A stretch of 64,000 nt of DNA from assembly GCA_964534975.1 (NCBI GenBank), contig CAZHSD010000005.1:28090-92089 (forward strand), in the 5' to 3' direction. Of the stretch, positions 10,724 through 23,228 are shown one piece after another; positions within the stretch are counted from its first letter, which is position 1, and every line of letters starts with the position of its first letter. This DNA is from an uncultured Ottowia sp. Lineage in GTDB: Bacteria; Pseudomonadota; Gammaproteobacteria; Burkholderiales; Burkholderiaceae_C. Position numbers and translations under genes: made by a program. The notes beneath the pieces were generated by a model, which saw only the letters and a program-made list of their open reading frames with translations, had not been told where the DNA came from and searched no databases.

Positions 10724-11110
10724 ATGACCACTGTGCTGAACCAGCCCGTTCTTTACACCGACGACGATGGCCACGCGCGCTTTCGCGACGAGCCGCTGCC
10801 GCTCACCGAAGGCAGCCCGGCGGCGCGGCTGTCGGCCCTGATGGCGTCGGGCGGCTGCCAGTTCCGCCACAGCCCGGTCGGCTTTCGCAGCGACTTCCAC
10901 TGCACCACCACGCCGCAATGGCTGGTGGTGTTGCAGGGACGCATGGAGATCGCCCTGCGGGATGGCAGCGCGCGCGTGTTCGGGCCGGGCGAGTATTTCT
11001 ATTCCAACGACACGCTGCCGCCCGGCGCCAGCTTCGACCCTGCGCTGCACGGCCACCGCAGCCGCCAGGTCGGCGACGAGGCGCTGGTCACGCTGTTCAT
11101 GCGGGCGTGA
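10724..11110 (+). CDS. Cupin-domain protein
   Basis: DFHCTTTPQWLVVLQGRMEI...FGPGE...GHRS cupin-like pattern. Confidence 0.75.
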   Translation: MTTVLNQPVLYTDDDGHARFRDEPLPLTEGSPAARLSALMASGGCQFRHSPVGFRSDFHCTTTPQWLVVLQGRMEIALRDGSARVFGPGEYFYSNDTLPPGASFDPALHGHRSRQVGDEALVTLFMRA

Positions 11111-11176
11111 GCGCCCCGGGACCATCTGTCGTGAATCGAGAGAGCGGGTCGGCGCGCCCGTGCATCTCGTGCCTTA

Positions 11177-11935
11177 TCAAAGCGCGCGCCACACCATCCA
11201 GCCGCCCAGCAACACCAGCGCGCCCATGAAGCACAGGCGAAAGCGCGCCGGCGACAGGCGCTGGCGCAGCCGCTGGCCGATCTGCATGCCGATCAGTGCC
11301 GGCAGCACCAGCAGCGCCGATCCGATCGCCGTCGTGGCCGGGTACTGCTGATTGAGTGCCAGACCCAGCGCCAAGGCCAGCGTCGACACCGTGAACGACA
11401 GGCCCATGGCCTGTACCAGGTCGTCGCGCGCCAGGCCCAGCGCCTGCAGATAGGGCACCGCCGGCACCACGAATACGCCGGTCGCGGCCGTCACCAGGCC
11501 GGTCACCGCGCCGACGAGCGGGCCGGCGCTGCGCTGCACTGCCAGGGAGGGGCGCGGCAACTGCACGCCCCACAGCCCCCAGGCGCCGTAGGCCACCAAG
11601 GCCAGCCCGAGCGCCGCCTTGGCCCAGTCGCCGGCTGGCGCGCCCAGCCACCACGCGCCCGCCAGCGTGCCCAGCACCACGCCGACCTGCATCGGCCACA
11701 GCGTGCGCAGCAGCGGCGGCAGCCCGCGCCAGGGCAGCATCTGCCAGACGTTGGTGACCAGCGAAGGCAGGATCAGCAGCGCCGCCGCCTGCGCCGGCAC
11801 CAGCCGCAGCGCCAGCAGCGCCATCGCCAGCGTCGGCAAGCCGAGTCCGACCACGCCCTTGACCATGCCGGCGGCGACGAATACCGCGATGCTGAACAGC
11901 CACAGCGAGGGCGACAGGGACAGGGTTTCGGGCAT
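11177..11935 (-). CDS. TauE/SafE (TSUP) family exporter
   Basis: AGMVKGVVGLGLP, PSLVTNVWQ, multiple TM helices. Confidence 0.9.
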   Translation of the reverse strand: MPETLSLSPSLWLFSIAVFVAAGMVKGVVGLGLPTLAMALLALRLVPAQAAALLILPSLVTNVWQMLPWRGLPPLLRTLWPMQVGVVLGTLAGAWWLGAPAGDWAKAALGLALVAYGAWGLWGVQLPRPSLAVQRSAGPLVGAVTGLVTAATGVFVVPAVPYLQALGLARDDLVQAMGLSFTVSTLALALGLALNQQYPATTAIGSALLVLPALIGMQIGQRLRQRLSPARFRLCFMGALVLLGGWMVWRAL

Positions 11936-12010
11936 GGCGGTCGATTCGGTCCGGCAAGGCGCCGATTGTGTGAGCCTGCGGCCAGCGCGTCACTGCGCCA
12001 TTCGCCGAGG

Positions 12011-12035
12011 CAGCCTCAGTCTGCGGCAGAGGCTG
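12011..12035. promoter_or_regulatory. Probable LysR operator palindrome
   Basis: CAGCCTC-N11-GAGGCTG between divergent TauE and LysR genes. Confidence 0.45.
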
Positions 12036-12060
12036 GCGCCGGCGTGTTAGTCTGCGCGCC

Positions 12061-13002
12061 ATGCGCTACGACCTGATCGACCTGCGGCTGTTCCTGCACG
12101 TGCACGAGGCGGGCAGCATCACCGCGGGCGCGGCGCGCAGTCACATGACGCTGGCCTCGGCCAGCGCCCGCATCCGCGCGCTGGAGGATGCCATCGGCAC
12201 GCCGCTGCTGCTGCGTGACCGGCGCGGCGTGCGCGCCACCCCGGCCGGACTGACGCTGGCGCGCGAGGCGCAGCAGGTGCTGGCGCAACTGGCGCAGTTG
12301 CAGGACGCGATGGCGCAGCACGCGCAGGGGCCGCGGGCGCACCTGCGCCTGCTGGCCAACACCTCGGCCGCTACGGTGCACCTGCCGGCGCTGCTGGCGC
12401 GCTTCCTGACGGCGCACCCCGGCTATACGCTGGACATGCCGGAGCTCGGCAGCGCCGACATCGCCGACGCCCTGCGGCGCACGCGTGCCGAGCTGGCCGT
12501 GCTGTCGGACGCGGCCGACCTGACTGGGCTGGATACCGTGCCGCTCTGCGCCGACCCGCTGGTGCTGATCGTGCCGCGCCGCCATGCGCTGGCCGGCGCG
12601 CGGCGCACGTCGCTGCGGGCCGCCATCGACGAGCCCTTCATCGGACTGCACGAGGGCAACGCGCTGCAGGCGCTGGTGGCGGGCCAAGCTCGCCGGCTGG
12701 CGCCCGATTGGGCCTGTCGCTGGGTGCTGGGCAGCCTGGACGCCGTGTGCCGCATGGTGGCGCTGGGTGCGGGCGTGGCCGTGGTGCCACGCGCGGTGGC
12801 CGAGCGCGAAGCGCGCGCCGGCCGGTTGAGCCGCGTTGCCCTGACCGAACCCTGGGCGGCCCGTCGGCTCGTGCTGGCCGCGCGCGACCTCAAGGCCTTG
12901 CCGGGACCGGCCGCAGGCCTGGCGCGGTTCCTGATCGACGTGATGGTCAGCCCGGAGCCGCCACCTGGGCGCGGCCCCGGCGCCCGACGTCAGCGGCCGT
13001 AG
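12061..13002 (+). CDS. LysR family regulator
   Basis: [11 protein letters not shown]...GSITAGA...SARIRALE...TPAG HTH. Confidence 0.93.
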   Translation: MRYDLIDLRLFLHVHEAGSITAGAARSHMTLASASARIRALEDAIGTPLLLRDRRGVRATPAGLTLAREAQQVLAQLAQLQDAMAQHAQGPRAHLRLLANTSAATVHLPALLARFLTAHPGYTLDMPELGSADIADALRRTRAELAVLSDAADLTGLDTVPLCADPLVLIVPRRHALAGARRTSLRAAIDEPFIGLHEGNALQALVAGQARRLAPDWACRWVLGSLDAVCRMVALGAGVAVVPRAVAEREARAGRLSRVALTEPWAARRLVLAARDLKALPGPAAGLARFLIDVMVSPEPPPGRGPGARRQRP

Positions 13003-14798
13003 CTGCCGCCCGAGCGGTTGCGATTGCCGCCACCGGTTCCGGCGTTGCCCCGGTTGCCACCGCCGCCACGCGAGCGGTTGCGCCCGCCGCCGCTCTTGCT
13101 CATCAGGTCGATGCTGGTGCGCATCGGGTCGGGCTGGCCGGCCGCGCCGTGGCTGGGCCCGGCCGGGCGATGGCGTTTGCCGTGCAGATTGGTCTGCAGC
13201 GGGTCGATGTGGCGCGGCAGGCGGTCGAGGTCGCGATCCTCGTCGTCGTCGAAGCCGCTGGCCTGCTCGCGCGGGGCGCGCGGCGGTTGCGCCTGGCCCT
13301 GCGGACGCGTACCCGGCTGACCGCCGGCGCCGTTGCCGCGGCCACGGCGGCGCCGGTTGCGGCTGCCGCGCTCGCCTTGCGGGCGGTCGGTGCGGCCGCC
13401 GTCGACCGGCTGGCCGTCGGCGCTCGCCAATTCGGCGGCGTCGTTGTCGTCCGAACCTTCGGCCGTCCGGTGGCGTGGAGGCTGGGGCGCGGGCGCGCCG
13501 CCACGGCCGCGGCCACCCTGACTGGCCTTGTTCTCGCGAATGCGCTGCATCATTTCCTGGCGCGCCGCCTTGGCGGCCGCTGCCATGACCTCGCGGCTGG
13601 GCGTGCGCCCCAGTCCGCCCCACAGGGTTTGCCGGCCCATGGCGATGGGTTCGGCCTTCTCGTCGGGCTCGGGGCCGAAGCCGTCCAGCAGGCGCACCGG
13701 AATCTGCTGTTTGGTGAAGCGCTCGATCTCGTGCATGAAGCCTTCCTCGTCCATGCAGACCAGACTGACGGCCTCGCCGCTGGCGCCGGCGCGGCCGGTG
13801 CGGCCGATGCGGTGGACATAGTCCTCGGGCACGTTGGGGATGTCGTAGTTGACCACGTGCGGCAGTTCGTCGATGTCGATGCCGCGCGCGGCGATGTCGG
13901 TCGCCACCAGGGCGCGCAACTCGCCGCTCTTGAAGTCGGCCAGCGCCTGGGTGCGCGCGGTCTGGCTCTTGTTGCCATGCAGTGCCATGGCCTTGATGCC
14001 GTGGTCGTTCAGGTAGTCGGCCACCTTGTTGGCGCCGAACTTGGTGCGCGTGAACACCAGCACCTGGCTCCAGTCGCCGCCCTCGATCAGGTGCGCCAGC
14101 ACCTCCTTCTTGCGGTTGCGGCCCACGGGATAGATCAGCTGGCTGATGCGCTCCACCGTGGTGTTGGGCGGCGTGACCTGCACGCTCCTGGGGCTCTTCA
14201 GCAGGCTGCCGGCCAGTTCGCGGATCTCGGCGCTGAAGGTGGCCGAGAACAGCAGGCTCTGCTTGTTCCTGGGCAGCAGCGCCAGCACCTTCTTGACGTC
14301 GTGGATGAAGCCCATGTCGAGCATGCGGTCGGCCTCGTCCAGCACCAGCAGCTCGACGTGCGAGAGATCGATGTGACCCTGCTGCTCCAGGTCGAGCAGA
14401 CGGCCGGGCGTGGCGACCAGGATGTCGACGCCGGCCTGGATGCGCTCGATCTGCGGGTTCATGCCGACGCCGCCGAAGATCACGGTGGAGGTCAGCTCAA
14501 GGTACTTGCCGTACGTGCGCGTCGATTCCTCGACCTGCGCCGCCAGCTCGCGCGTCGGCGTCAGCACCAGCGCGCGGATGGCGCAGGTCTTGGCGGCCGG
14601 CCGCGTGCTCAGCAACTGCAGGATCGGCAGCATGAAGCCGGCGGTCTTGCCGGTGCCGGTCTGCGCGCCGGCCAGCAGGTCGTGGCCGCCCAGCACCAGC
14701 GGAATGGCTTGCGCCTGGATCGGGGTGGGGGCGGTGTAGCCCTGCTCGTGCACAGCCCGCAGGATGGCGGGCGCCAGGTTCAGATCATCAAAAGTCAT
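12990..14798 (-). CDS. rhlE: DEAD-box RNA helicase, RhlE type, with long disordered Gly/Arg-rich tail
   Basis: [39 protein letters not shown]. Confidence 0.9.
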   Translation of the reverse strand: MTFDDLNLAPAILRAVHEQGYTAPTPIQAQAIPLVLGGHDLLAGAQTGTGKTAGFMLPILQLLSTRPAAKTCAIRALVLTPTRELAAQVEESTRTYGKYLELTSTVIFGGVGMNPQIERIQAGVDILVATPGRLLDLEQQGHIDLSHVELLVLDEADRMLDMGFIHDVKKVLALLPRNKQSLLFSATFSAEIRELAGSLLKSPRSVQVTPPNTTVERISQLIYPVGRNRKKEVLAHLIEGGDWSQVLVFTRTKFGANKVADYLNDHGIKAMALHGNKSQTARTQALADFKSGELRALVATDIAARGIDIDELPHVVNYDIPNVPEDYVHRIGRTGRAGASGEAVSLVCMDEEGFMHEIERFTKQQIPVRLLDGFGPEPDEKAEPIAMGRQTLWGGLGRTPSREVMAAAAKAARQEMMQRIRENKASQGGRGRGGAPAPQPPRHRTAEGSDDNDAAELASADGQPVDGGRTDRPQGERGSRNRRRRGRGNGAGGQPGTRPQGQAQPPRAPREQASGFDDDEDRDLDRLPRHIDPLQTNLHGKRHRPAGPSHGAAGQPDPMRTSIDLMSKSGGGRNRSRGGGGNRGNAGTGGGNRNRSGGSYGR

Positions 14799-15035
14799 CA
14801 GTGGTGCGCCCGTCTCGTGAAGGCGCTGGGAGCTTCGGGCCTGTTCCGGCGGGTGCCGGCCAGTCAGCCAGGCAAGAAGCGGGTTCTTGTTGGGGTGGGC
14901 TCGAATCGGACGGCTTGGCGCCCGATGAACCCCAGCAGGGAAGCTGGCTGAGCCGGCTGAACTGGTGGGCCGGCAGCGCGCCTATTATCTCATGAAGCAC
15001 CGCCTTGCCCACCGGCCACCGTTGACTGTTTCGTC

Positions 15036-15584
15036 ATGACCGTTTCCACCACCTTTGGTTACAGCCCCACCGAGGATCGCCTCTGGATCAGTTGCAGCGC
15101 CTGGCCGCAGCGCGTCTGGCTGACTCGCCGCATTGCCCAGGCGGTACTGCAGGCGGGCGTGCGGATGATCGAGGCCGGCGGCGCCACCGCATCGCCGCAG
15201 GCCGATTCCCGCCCGCCCGCCGAACGCGCGGCGGCGGCGCACGACGCATCGCTCAATCGCCTGCGTCCCGGCGAGCCGCCGATGCTGAGGACCGGGCGCG
15301 AAGCGGCGGATGCGCCCGAACTCGATGGCGCGGTGCTGTGCACCCGTTTCCTGCTGCTGGATACCGGCACCCATTCCGAACTGGTGTTCAGCACCCGCGC
15401 CGGCGAGCGCCGCCTGCGGCTGGATCGCACCGAACTGCACCGCTGGCTGCATGCGTTGCAGATGGTGATGGCGCCGGCACGCTGGCACGAATGGACCGCG
15501 CCGCCCGACTGGCTGACCCGCAGCTACCTGCCGCCCGCCCTGAAGGCCTTGCTGGCGCCAGCCTCACGAATAGGTCCGAATTGA
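15036..15584 (+). CDS. Hypothetical protein
   Basis: Protein-like composition (YSPTEDRLW...WLTRR...LHRWL); fills the gap between rhlE and ettA. Confidence 0.7.
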   Translation: MTVSTTFGYSPTEDRLWISCSAWPQRVWLTRRIAQAVLQAGVRMIEAGGATASPQADSRPPAERAAAAHDASLNRLRPGEPPMLRTGREAADAPELDGAVLCTRFLLLDTGTHSELVFSTRAGERRLRLDRTELHRWLHALQMVMAPARWHEWTAPPDWLTRSYLPPALKALLAPASRIGPN

Positions 15585-15741
15585 ATGCCGGCTCCGGCCG
15601 ACGGCACAGCACCGATAATCGGACTTGAACGGCAGGTGGCTACGCCGCCGAACCGCACGCCGTCTCCTCACCGTTTTCAAGCCTTGCCTGCCGTTAGCGC
15701 TGTGCTGACGTGCGCTGGCTGCCATCCATCAGAGAGTATCC

Positions 15742-17403
<1,662 letters not shown>

Positions 17404-17592
17404 CGCATGGCGACACGGCCGACGCAAGCAGGTGCCATGCTGGCAGTGCTGGTGTTGGGCGTGGCGCACGCGGATGCCACTGGTCGCAGAACGGGTTCCG
17501 TGCCAGAAAATCGGTAGGCTGATCGGCTTCTGCGGTACGCTGGCGACTGCAGCCCGCTGGCGGGCCAGAGGCCATGGACGAGGCGACGAACG

Positions 17593-18009
17593 ATGGAATC
17601 CGCAAAGCTTGATCGGCTGGTTCAGCGCAGCATTGTGCTGCTTGCCGTGCTGTTTGGTGTGGCCACCCTGTTCGCCGGCGGGCGGGCGCTGAGCGGGGTC
17701 GATCCGGGCTACGTGGTGTACCGGCCGCTGCTGGTCTTCAACTTCCTGATGGGCTTTGCCTACATCGCGGCTGGCGTGCTGGCGTGGCGCAGCCTGGCGG
17801 CCGGCCGCCTGATCGCCGGCATCATCTTCGTGCTGAATGCGGTCGTGCTGGCCGCGGTCGTCTACCTGTACCAGAGCGGCGCCGCGGTGGCGGTGGACAG
17901 CGTGCGCGCCATGAGCTTGCGCACGGTGGTCTGGCTGGTGCTGACGGTGGGTCTGACCTGGTTGCTGCTGCGCCATCGCGACGGCGCGCAGCGTGCGATG
18001 AGGCCTTAG
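17593..18009 (+). CDS. Small integral membrane protein (about 4 TM), unknown function
   Basis: Hydrophobic helices, host-like codon usage; a decayed copy lies at 21313-21577. Confidence 0.8.
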   Translation: MESAKLDRLVQRSIVLLAVLFGVATLFAGGRALSGVDPGYVVYRPLLVFNFLMGFAYIAAGVLAWRSLAAGRLIAGIIFVLNAVVLAAVVYLYQSGAAVAVDSVRAMSLRTVVWLVLTVGLTWLLLRHRDGAQRAMRP

Positions 18010-18027
18010 ACGGACAGCCCCGAACCG

Positions 18028-18091
18028 CTCATGGGGCCTTGTTCGCCGCTGCGACGCGGGCGCACCGGATGCGGTTCAGGGCATTGAAGTG
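18028..18091 (+). pseudogene. Degenerate duplicate of the ettA 3' end
   Basis: 18061-18091 matches 17372-17402 at 26/31 nt (HRMRFRALK vs HRVRFKALK*). Confidence 0.75.
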
Positions 18092-18360
18092 GGTCTCCTG
18101 TGGGGCGTCGACGCCTGCCCCGAGGGGCCGCAGCCAGCGGCCGGAAAGCCCCGCGCCGCGGATGTCCCCGGAGCGCTTCCTCCGGAGCCGCTCGACGCAC
18201 CCCATGTAGTCGAGCGTGCTATTCTGTAACGCACCGTTAACCACTCGATGCCCGGATGAGTGCACCGGCTGCGCCAGCTGCTGAGGTGCGTTTCCCAGCG
18301 CAGCAGCGGTCTCGCGGCGCGCGGAACGGGGTTCATCGTCGCGGACTGAAGGGGACACGC

Positions 18361-19458
18361 ATGAAGAACGTCGTTCGGATCCATGCCGGGAAAGCGCGCT
18401 CGTATGTGGTGACCGAGGAAGGCGCCGTCTGGGGCTGGGGCAGCATCAGGCAACTGCGTCCCAGTGATTTCATGGCGCCGGAACAGGCAGCCGCACTGTG
18501 TGAGTCAGCGAACCCGTCTCGCGTGGGGCACTCCCGGTTTGCGCGGGCCGCCCCGATTCAATTGACGACCGTGGCTTCGTCCAGGGTCGCGGACGTGGCT
18601 GACGCTCGCGCAGACGTGCTGATGCTGACGAAGTCCCGGCAGGTCGAGACGTGCCGGCCCTGTGTGTTTCCGGACGGGAGTGCGGGGATGCGCCTGATGC
18701 ACCTGCGCGAGGTGTGCGGACTGGCCGTATCCGACAGCGCCGCTTACGCCGTGCGGCAAGGTGGCGATGTGTGGTCCTGGGGATTGAACGCGTCGGGTCA
18801 GCTTGGACGCCCTGCAGCGGGTCTTCAGGCACCACCGGGCTCGGTCCCGGATCTTCCTGCGATCACCTCGATCGCTGCGGGCGCAGGCCACGTGCTGACT
18901 CTCGACGAGGAAGGGCGCGTGTGGAGCTGGGGCGCCAATGCTGCCGGGCAGCTTGGGCAGGGCAATCTGCAGCCCCAGGCCAAACCGGTGCGGGTGCGGA
19001 TTCCCGCGCCCATCACGCAGGTCAGTGCGGGCGCAACGCACAGCTTGGCGATCGACGAATCGGGCTGGCTGTGGGCTTGGGGCTCCAATCCTCATGGTCA
19101 ACTGGGCATTTCGGACGGCAGTTATCGCACCGAACCGGCGATGCTCGAGCTGCCGTTTGCTGCCAGGGAAGTCGGCGCCGGCATGCATTTCAGCGTGGTC
19201 ACCGACCGTTCAGTTACGGTCTATGCCTGGGGATGGAACGGGTTGACCCAACTGGCGCAGGACGGAGTGACGGCAAGTGCCAAGCCCACTCGGGTGCCCG
19301 GATTGGCGGATGTGGATCAGCTGTCGGTCGGTACGGCCCACGTGCTTGCCTTGTGCGCCAGACAGGTTTTCGCCTGGGGCGACAACCGTCAGGCCACCTG
19401 CGGCCTGGCGCCTGACGTGCGTGCCGTGTCCGCGCCACGGCGTGTCGAACTGGCGTGA
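18361..19458 (+). CDS. RCC1/BLIP-II repeat beta-propeller protein
   Basis: Repeated VWSWGxNxxGQLG and AGxxH motifs. Confidence 0.9.
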   Translation: MKNVVRIHAGKARSYVVTEEGAVWGWGSIRQLRPSDFMAPEQAAALCESANPSRVGHSRFARAAPIQLTTVASSRVADVADARADVLMLTKSRQVETCRPCVFPDGSAGMRLMHLREVCGLAVSDSAAYAVRQGGDVWSWGLNASGQLGRPAAGLQAPPGSVPDLPAITSIAAGAGHVLTLDEEGRVWSWGANAAGQLGQGNLQPQAKPVRVRIPAPITQVSAGATHSLAIDESGWLWAWGSNPHGQLGISDGSYRTEPAMLELPFAAREVGAGMHFSVVTDRSVTVYAWGWNGLTQLAQDGVTASAKPTRVPGLADVDQLSVGTAHVLALCARQVFAWGDNRQATCGLAPDVRAVSAPRRVELA

Positions 19459-19471
19459 GGAGGCAAACACC

Positions 19472-21200
19472 ATGAAATCGATCGGGTCAACCCATGCCAA
19501 GCTTCTGGGCGAGAGTGCGTCGATGTCCCGCCGCGAGTGCCTGCAGTGGTCAGCGCGTCTTGCCATGGGGGCGATGCTGCCGGCCGCCGGACTGGGCCTC
19601 GCCAGTTGCGGTGGCGACGGTGACGGCGGCACCGCCGATACGCTGCCCGAGCCGCCGTTGCTGCGCTCCAGGGGCGGCCGGCTGGATCTGGAACTGCGGC
19701 TGGCGTACGCACGGCAGCAACTGCCGTATCCTCTGGTGCTCGACACGCCGGCGTATCCCGCGCCATCCAGCGTGAGGCATGTCCATCTTCGCAGCTACAA
19801 CGGCCGGTACCTGGCCCCCACGGTGCTGCTCGACAGTGGCGACATGTTGCGCGTCAAGCTGATCAATGCGCTGCCCGACAACGTTCCGAATGAATCGAGC
19901 CTGCCGTATCTCAACCACCAGAACAGCACCAACCTGCATTTTCACGGCCTGCACGTCGATCCCAAGGAGATCCGTCCCGGCGTCTTCGGCGATTACGTGG
20001 TCGATAACGCGGATGCGGGCGTGCTGCCGGGTCAGCACCGGAACCATGAGATCCAGCTGCCGGCCAATCATCCGGACGGGATCTACTGGGACCACCCGCA
20101 TCTGCACGGGGCGACGAATTCGCAGGTCCTGAGCGGCCTGTTCGGCGCCATCCTGATACGCGACCCGTCCAACGAGTTCACGGCCGACCCCGAGATCGAG
20201 GATCGCTGCATTTTCGTTCACAAGCTGGTGTTGAACGACGAGGGAAGGGTCGACTCCTTCTACGACTCCCTCATCACGCGCCGCTCTGCCTTCCTGCTCA
20301 ACGGCGCGGCCCAGCCGACCATGGTCATGCGGCCGGGACAGGTGCAGCGCTGACATTTCATCAACGCGACATGTTCTGGCCGTTCACGCCCGTGCTCGAT
20401 GGCCACGTCATGCAGGCCTATGCGCGTGACGGCAACAATCTGGACCGGAAATTCCTGCCGGTGCACGCGCAGAGCGGGCCCAGTACACCCGGCGTCACCT
20501 GGCCAGGGACGGCGATCTATCCGGGCAACCGCCTGTCGGTGGTGGTTCAGGCCGACAGCCAGCCCGGCACCTACTTTCTTCGCTCGATCCAGAGTCCGTT
20601 TGGTGACCAGGAGGAAATTGTCGCCAAGCTGGTGGTCGAGGGCTCGCCTCGCAGGATGAGTTTCCCGTCCGCCAGGCTGCTTGGCGGCCATTCGGTTGGG
20701 GTCCCCATCACCGGCGAGGAACTGGCGCGGCACGGCGGGCATCAGCGCCACCTGATGCTTTCCGTGGAAAGCCCGGACAGCGAGTTGCTGCCAGCCACGA
20801 GCGACATCGACGGCAAGGAGTGGTTCATCCCCGAAAGCGACGCGGCCGAGATCGACAAGAACTTCGTGTTCGCCGCCGGTCGCGCGGGTGGCCCGATCGT
20901 GCCATTTCAATCATCGCTCACGGAGACGCAGACCGTACCGCTCAACGCCGTCGAGGAATGGACGATCTACAACGGCAACAATATCCGCACCCGTTTCACA
21001 TTCACGTGAACGAATGCTACGTGGTGCGCATCAACGGCCAACCGGTGGAGCCCTACTGGGCCGACACCCTGGCCCTGCCGCGCAAGGGCAGCGTGACCTT
21101 TCGCTCGCGCTTCACCGACTTCACGGGGACTTTCGTGTGGCACTGCCATGCGTTGAACCATGATGACATGGGCATGATGCAGATCGTGGAAGTCGTGTGA
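19472..21200 (+). pseudogene. Tat-exported lipoprotein multicopper oxidase, interrupted by one stop and two frameshifts
   Basis: SRRECL Tat motif, LASC lipobox; Cu motifs HFHG, HPHLHG, HPFHIH, HCHALNHDDMGMM split over ORFs ending 20353, 21009 and 21200. Confidence 0.88.
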
Positions 21201-21312
21201 ACACCCACAAGAACGCACCAGCGATGCTCAGGGGGGTGACACGTCGCTCGAGGAGCGTAGAGTTGTGCGGTTGCGGGCTGCGCACCCTTCGCCCACGACT
21301 GGAGGAAAACCG

Positions 21313-21577
21313 ATGCGTCCACGCCACCCCGCTGCAACGTGTCATCGCCCTGGTCGCGAAGTTGTTCGGCGCGCTCACCCTGTTCGCGGGCGGCCGTGCG
21401 CTGAATGGCGTCGATCGGGGGTTACGCGGTATTCAGGTCATTGCTGATCTTCGATGTTCCGATGGGTGTGGCCTACATCGTCTCGGGTGTGCTGGCACGG
21501 CGCAGCGTGTGGGCAGGTCTGGTGCGACGGCGGCCGTCGACGGCGTGCGGGCGATGGGTTTTCGCACCGTGGTCCGG
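21313..21577 (+). pseudogene. Decayed copy of the 17593-18009 membrane protein gene
   Basis: LFGALTLFAGGRALNGVD / GYAVFRSLLIFDVPMGVAYI / AVDGVRAMGFRTVV in different frames match the intact paralog; frameshifts and an internal deletion. Confidence 0.85.
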
Positions 21578-21633
21578 CGTACGCCGGCCTGAGGGCGGGC
21601 CGCAGTGCCCGCGTCGATTGAAAGGAGCGTGAC

Positions 21634-22137
21634 ATGGATGCAGCGACCGCAATGGCCATGCCCGAGTGGGACGTGGTCCAGTGGTTCAACACCGGGCAGC
21701 CGATCCGCGTCGCCGACCTGAGCGGCCAGGTGGTGCTGGTGCATGCGTTCCAGATGCTGTGCCCGGGCTGCGTCATCAACGCCATCCCGCAGGCGCGCAA
21801 GGTGCACCAGCTGTACGGGCGGCGCGGCGTCGCGGTGATCGGCCTGCACACCGTGTTCGAGCACCATGACGCCATGCAGCCGCACGCGCTGCAGGCCTTC
21901 ATCCACGAATACGGCCTGCACTTTCCGGTCGGCGTCGACGCTCCGTCGGACGACGTGTCAGGCATCCCGCGCACCATGCGGCGCCTGGGCCTGCAGGGCA
22001 CGCCGACCACGTTGGTGCTGGACCGGCAGGGGCGGGTGCGCGTACAGCACTTCGGCCATCTGGAAGACCTGCCGCTGGGTGTCTTGTTGGGGCAACTGCT
22101 GACGGAGCCGTTGCCCAGCGCCGAAGCGGCGCAGTGA
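21634..22137 (+). CDS. Redoxin/AhpC-TSA family thioredoxin-fold protein
   Basis: AFQMLCPGC, GLHTVFEHH, QGTPT; RBS AAAGGAG. Confidence 0.9.
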   Translation: MDAATAMAMPEWDVVQWFNTGQPIRVADLSGQVVLVHAFQMLCPGCVINAIPQARKVHQLYGRRGVAVIGLHTVFEHHDAMQPHALQAFIHEYGLHFPVGVDAPSDDVSGIPRTMRRLGLQGTPTTLVLDRQGRVRVQHFGHLEDLPLGVLLGQLLTEPLPSAEAAQ

Positions 22138-22715
22138 GGCTGCAACCCTACGTCCAGGTCGACGACACGCCGTTCAGGGCGACGCCCGAGACCGTGCTGG
22201 CGCGGCGTGGACCGGCGCCTCACACCCGACGCAATCCTGTGGCGCTGAACGAGTGGGATTACGGCGACGTCGTGTACCGCTTTCAGGACAGCGGCCGACT
22301 GGAAGAAGTGACGCAGCGCGCGACGGTGTTGTACCTGCTGGACGTGGTGGGCGTGATCGACGTGCCGCTGGCCGGCCTGCCGGCCTTCGTGCGGGCGCAC
22401 GACGCGCAAGCCTTCGAGCGCGCTGGTTTCCTGGTGAGTCCGCGCTACGGCCTGGCTTTCGTGCCAGCCGAGCCAGGCTGGGTCACGGCGTTGGCGGCGC
22501 ACTGCATCGACAGCTGGCGCGCGCTGAGAGCCGTTGCGGCATCATCGGTGCCGGGTCAGCATCGAGTGATCGAGGCCCTTCCGGCATGGATGCGGCGTTT
22601 TCAGCGTTGGCGTCATGGCAGTTGCCCGACCGCCTTGAGGGTCTCCTCGACGTGTTTGAGCGGATCGCTGCCCTGGTGCGTGAAGGCGATCCGGCCGTCC
22701 TGCCTGATCACGTAG
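22134..22715 (+). CDS. Hypothetical protein, probably extended by loss of a stop near 22527
   Basis: GTGA overlap with the redoxin; host-like codons until WRAL, then a rare AGA and ~100 nt overlap with the opposite gene. Confidence 0.65.
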   Translation: MRLQPYVQVDDTPFRATPETVLARRGPAPHTRRNPVALNEWDYGDVVYRFQDSGRLEEVTQRATVLYLLDVVGVIDVPLAGLPAFVRAHDAQAFERAGFLVSPRYGLAFVPAEPGWVTALAAHCIDSWRALRAVAASSVPGQHRVIEALPAWMRRFQRWRHGSCPTALRVSSTCLSGSLPWCVKAIRPSCLIT

Positions 22716-23137
22716 GAGATGCGACTGGCGACGCCGGGCAGCAGCGACGCCGCATCGTAGGCCTTGATCGTCTGCGCTTTCGGGTCTGACGCGACGGCAA
22801 ACCGGTCGCGGCAGGCTTCGGTCGAGAAGCGCTTGAGCGTCTCGATGTCGTCGTGCGACATGCCGATCACGGACGCGCCCAGCGCCGCGAACCTCGGGCT
22901 GGCTTCCGCGAATGCATTGGCCTCGATGGTGCAGCCGCGCGTGAACGCCTTGGGATAGAAGTACAGCACCACCGGCCCTTTTTTCAGCGCCGCGGCCAGA
23001 TCGAAATCGAAGGTCTTGCCCGCCAGCGCGGCCGGCGTGGTGAACAACGGCGCGGTGTCGCCCGGTTCGAGCGCGGCCAGTCCGACCGATGGCAGGCTCA
23101 TCATCAGCGCGAGGGCGACTGGAAACAGGCGACGCAT
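22613..23137 (-). CDS. Peroxiredoxin (BCP/PrxQ type) with signal peptide
   Basis: VLYFYPKAFTRGCTIEA peroxidatic motif. Confidence 0.9.
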   Translation of the reverse strand: MRRLFPVALALMMSLPSVGLAALEPGDTAPLFTTPAALAGKTFDFDLAAALKKGPVVLYFYPKAFTRGCTIEANAFAEASPRFAALGASVIGMSHDDIETLKRFSTEACRDRFAVASDPKAQTIKAYDAASLLPGVASRISYVIRQDGRIAFTHQGSDPLKHVEETLKAVGQLP

Positions 23138-23228
23138 GAAGGTTCTCTCCCGGAGCTTGTGCGATGCGGCGTCACGTGGGCCATGGCGCACCGCGGCATG
23201 TTAGCCCGATGCGGCGGAACCCGCAGCA

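Noticed and set aside
20351..20353. In-frame TGA in the oxidase as selenocysteine or recoded Trp
   Set aside because: Trp is expected at this position, two frameshifts follow, and TGA is the normal stop throughout the window
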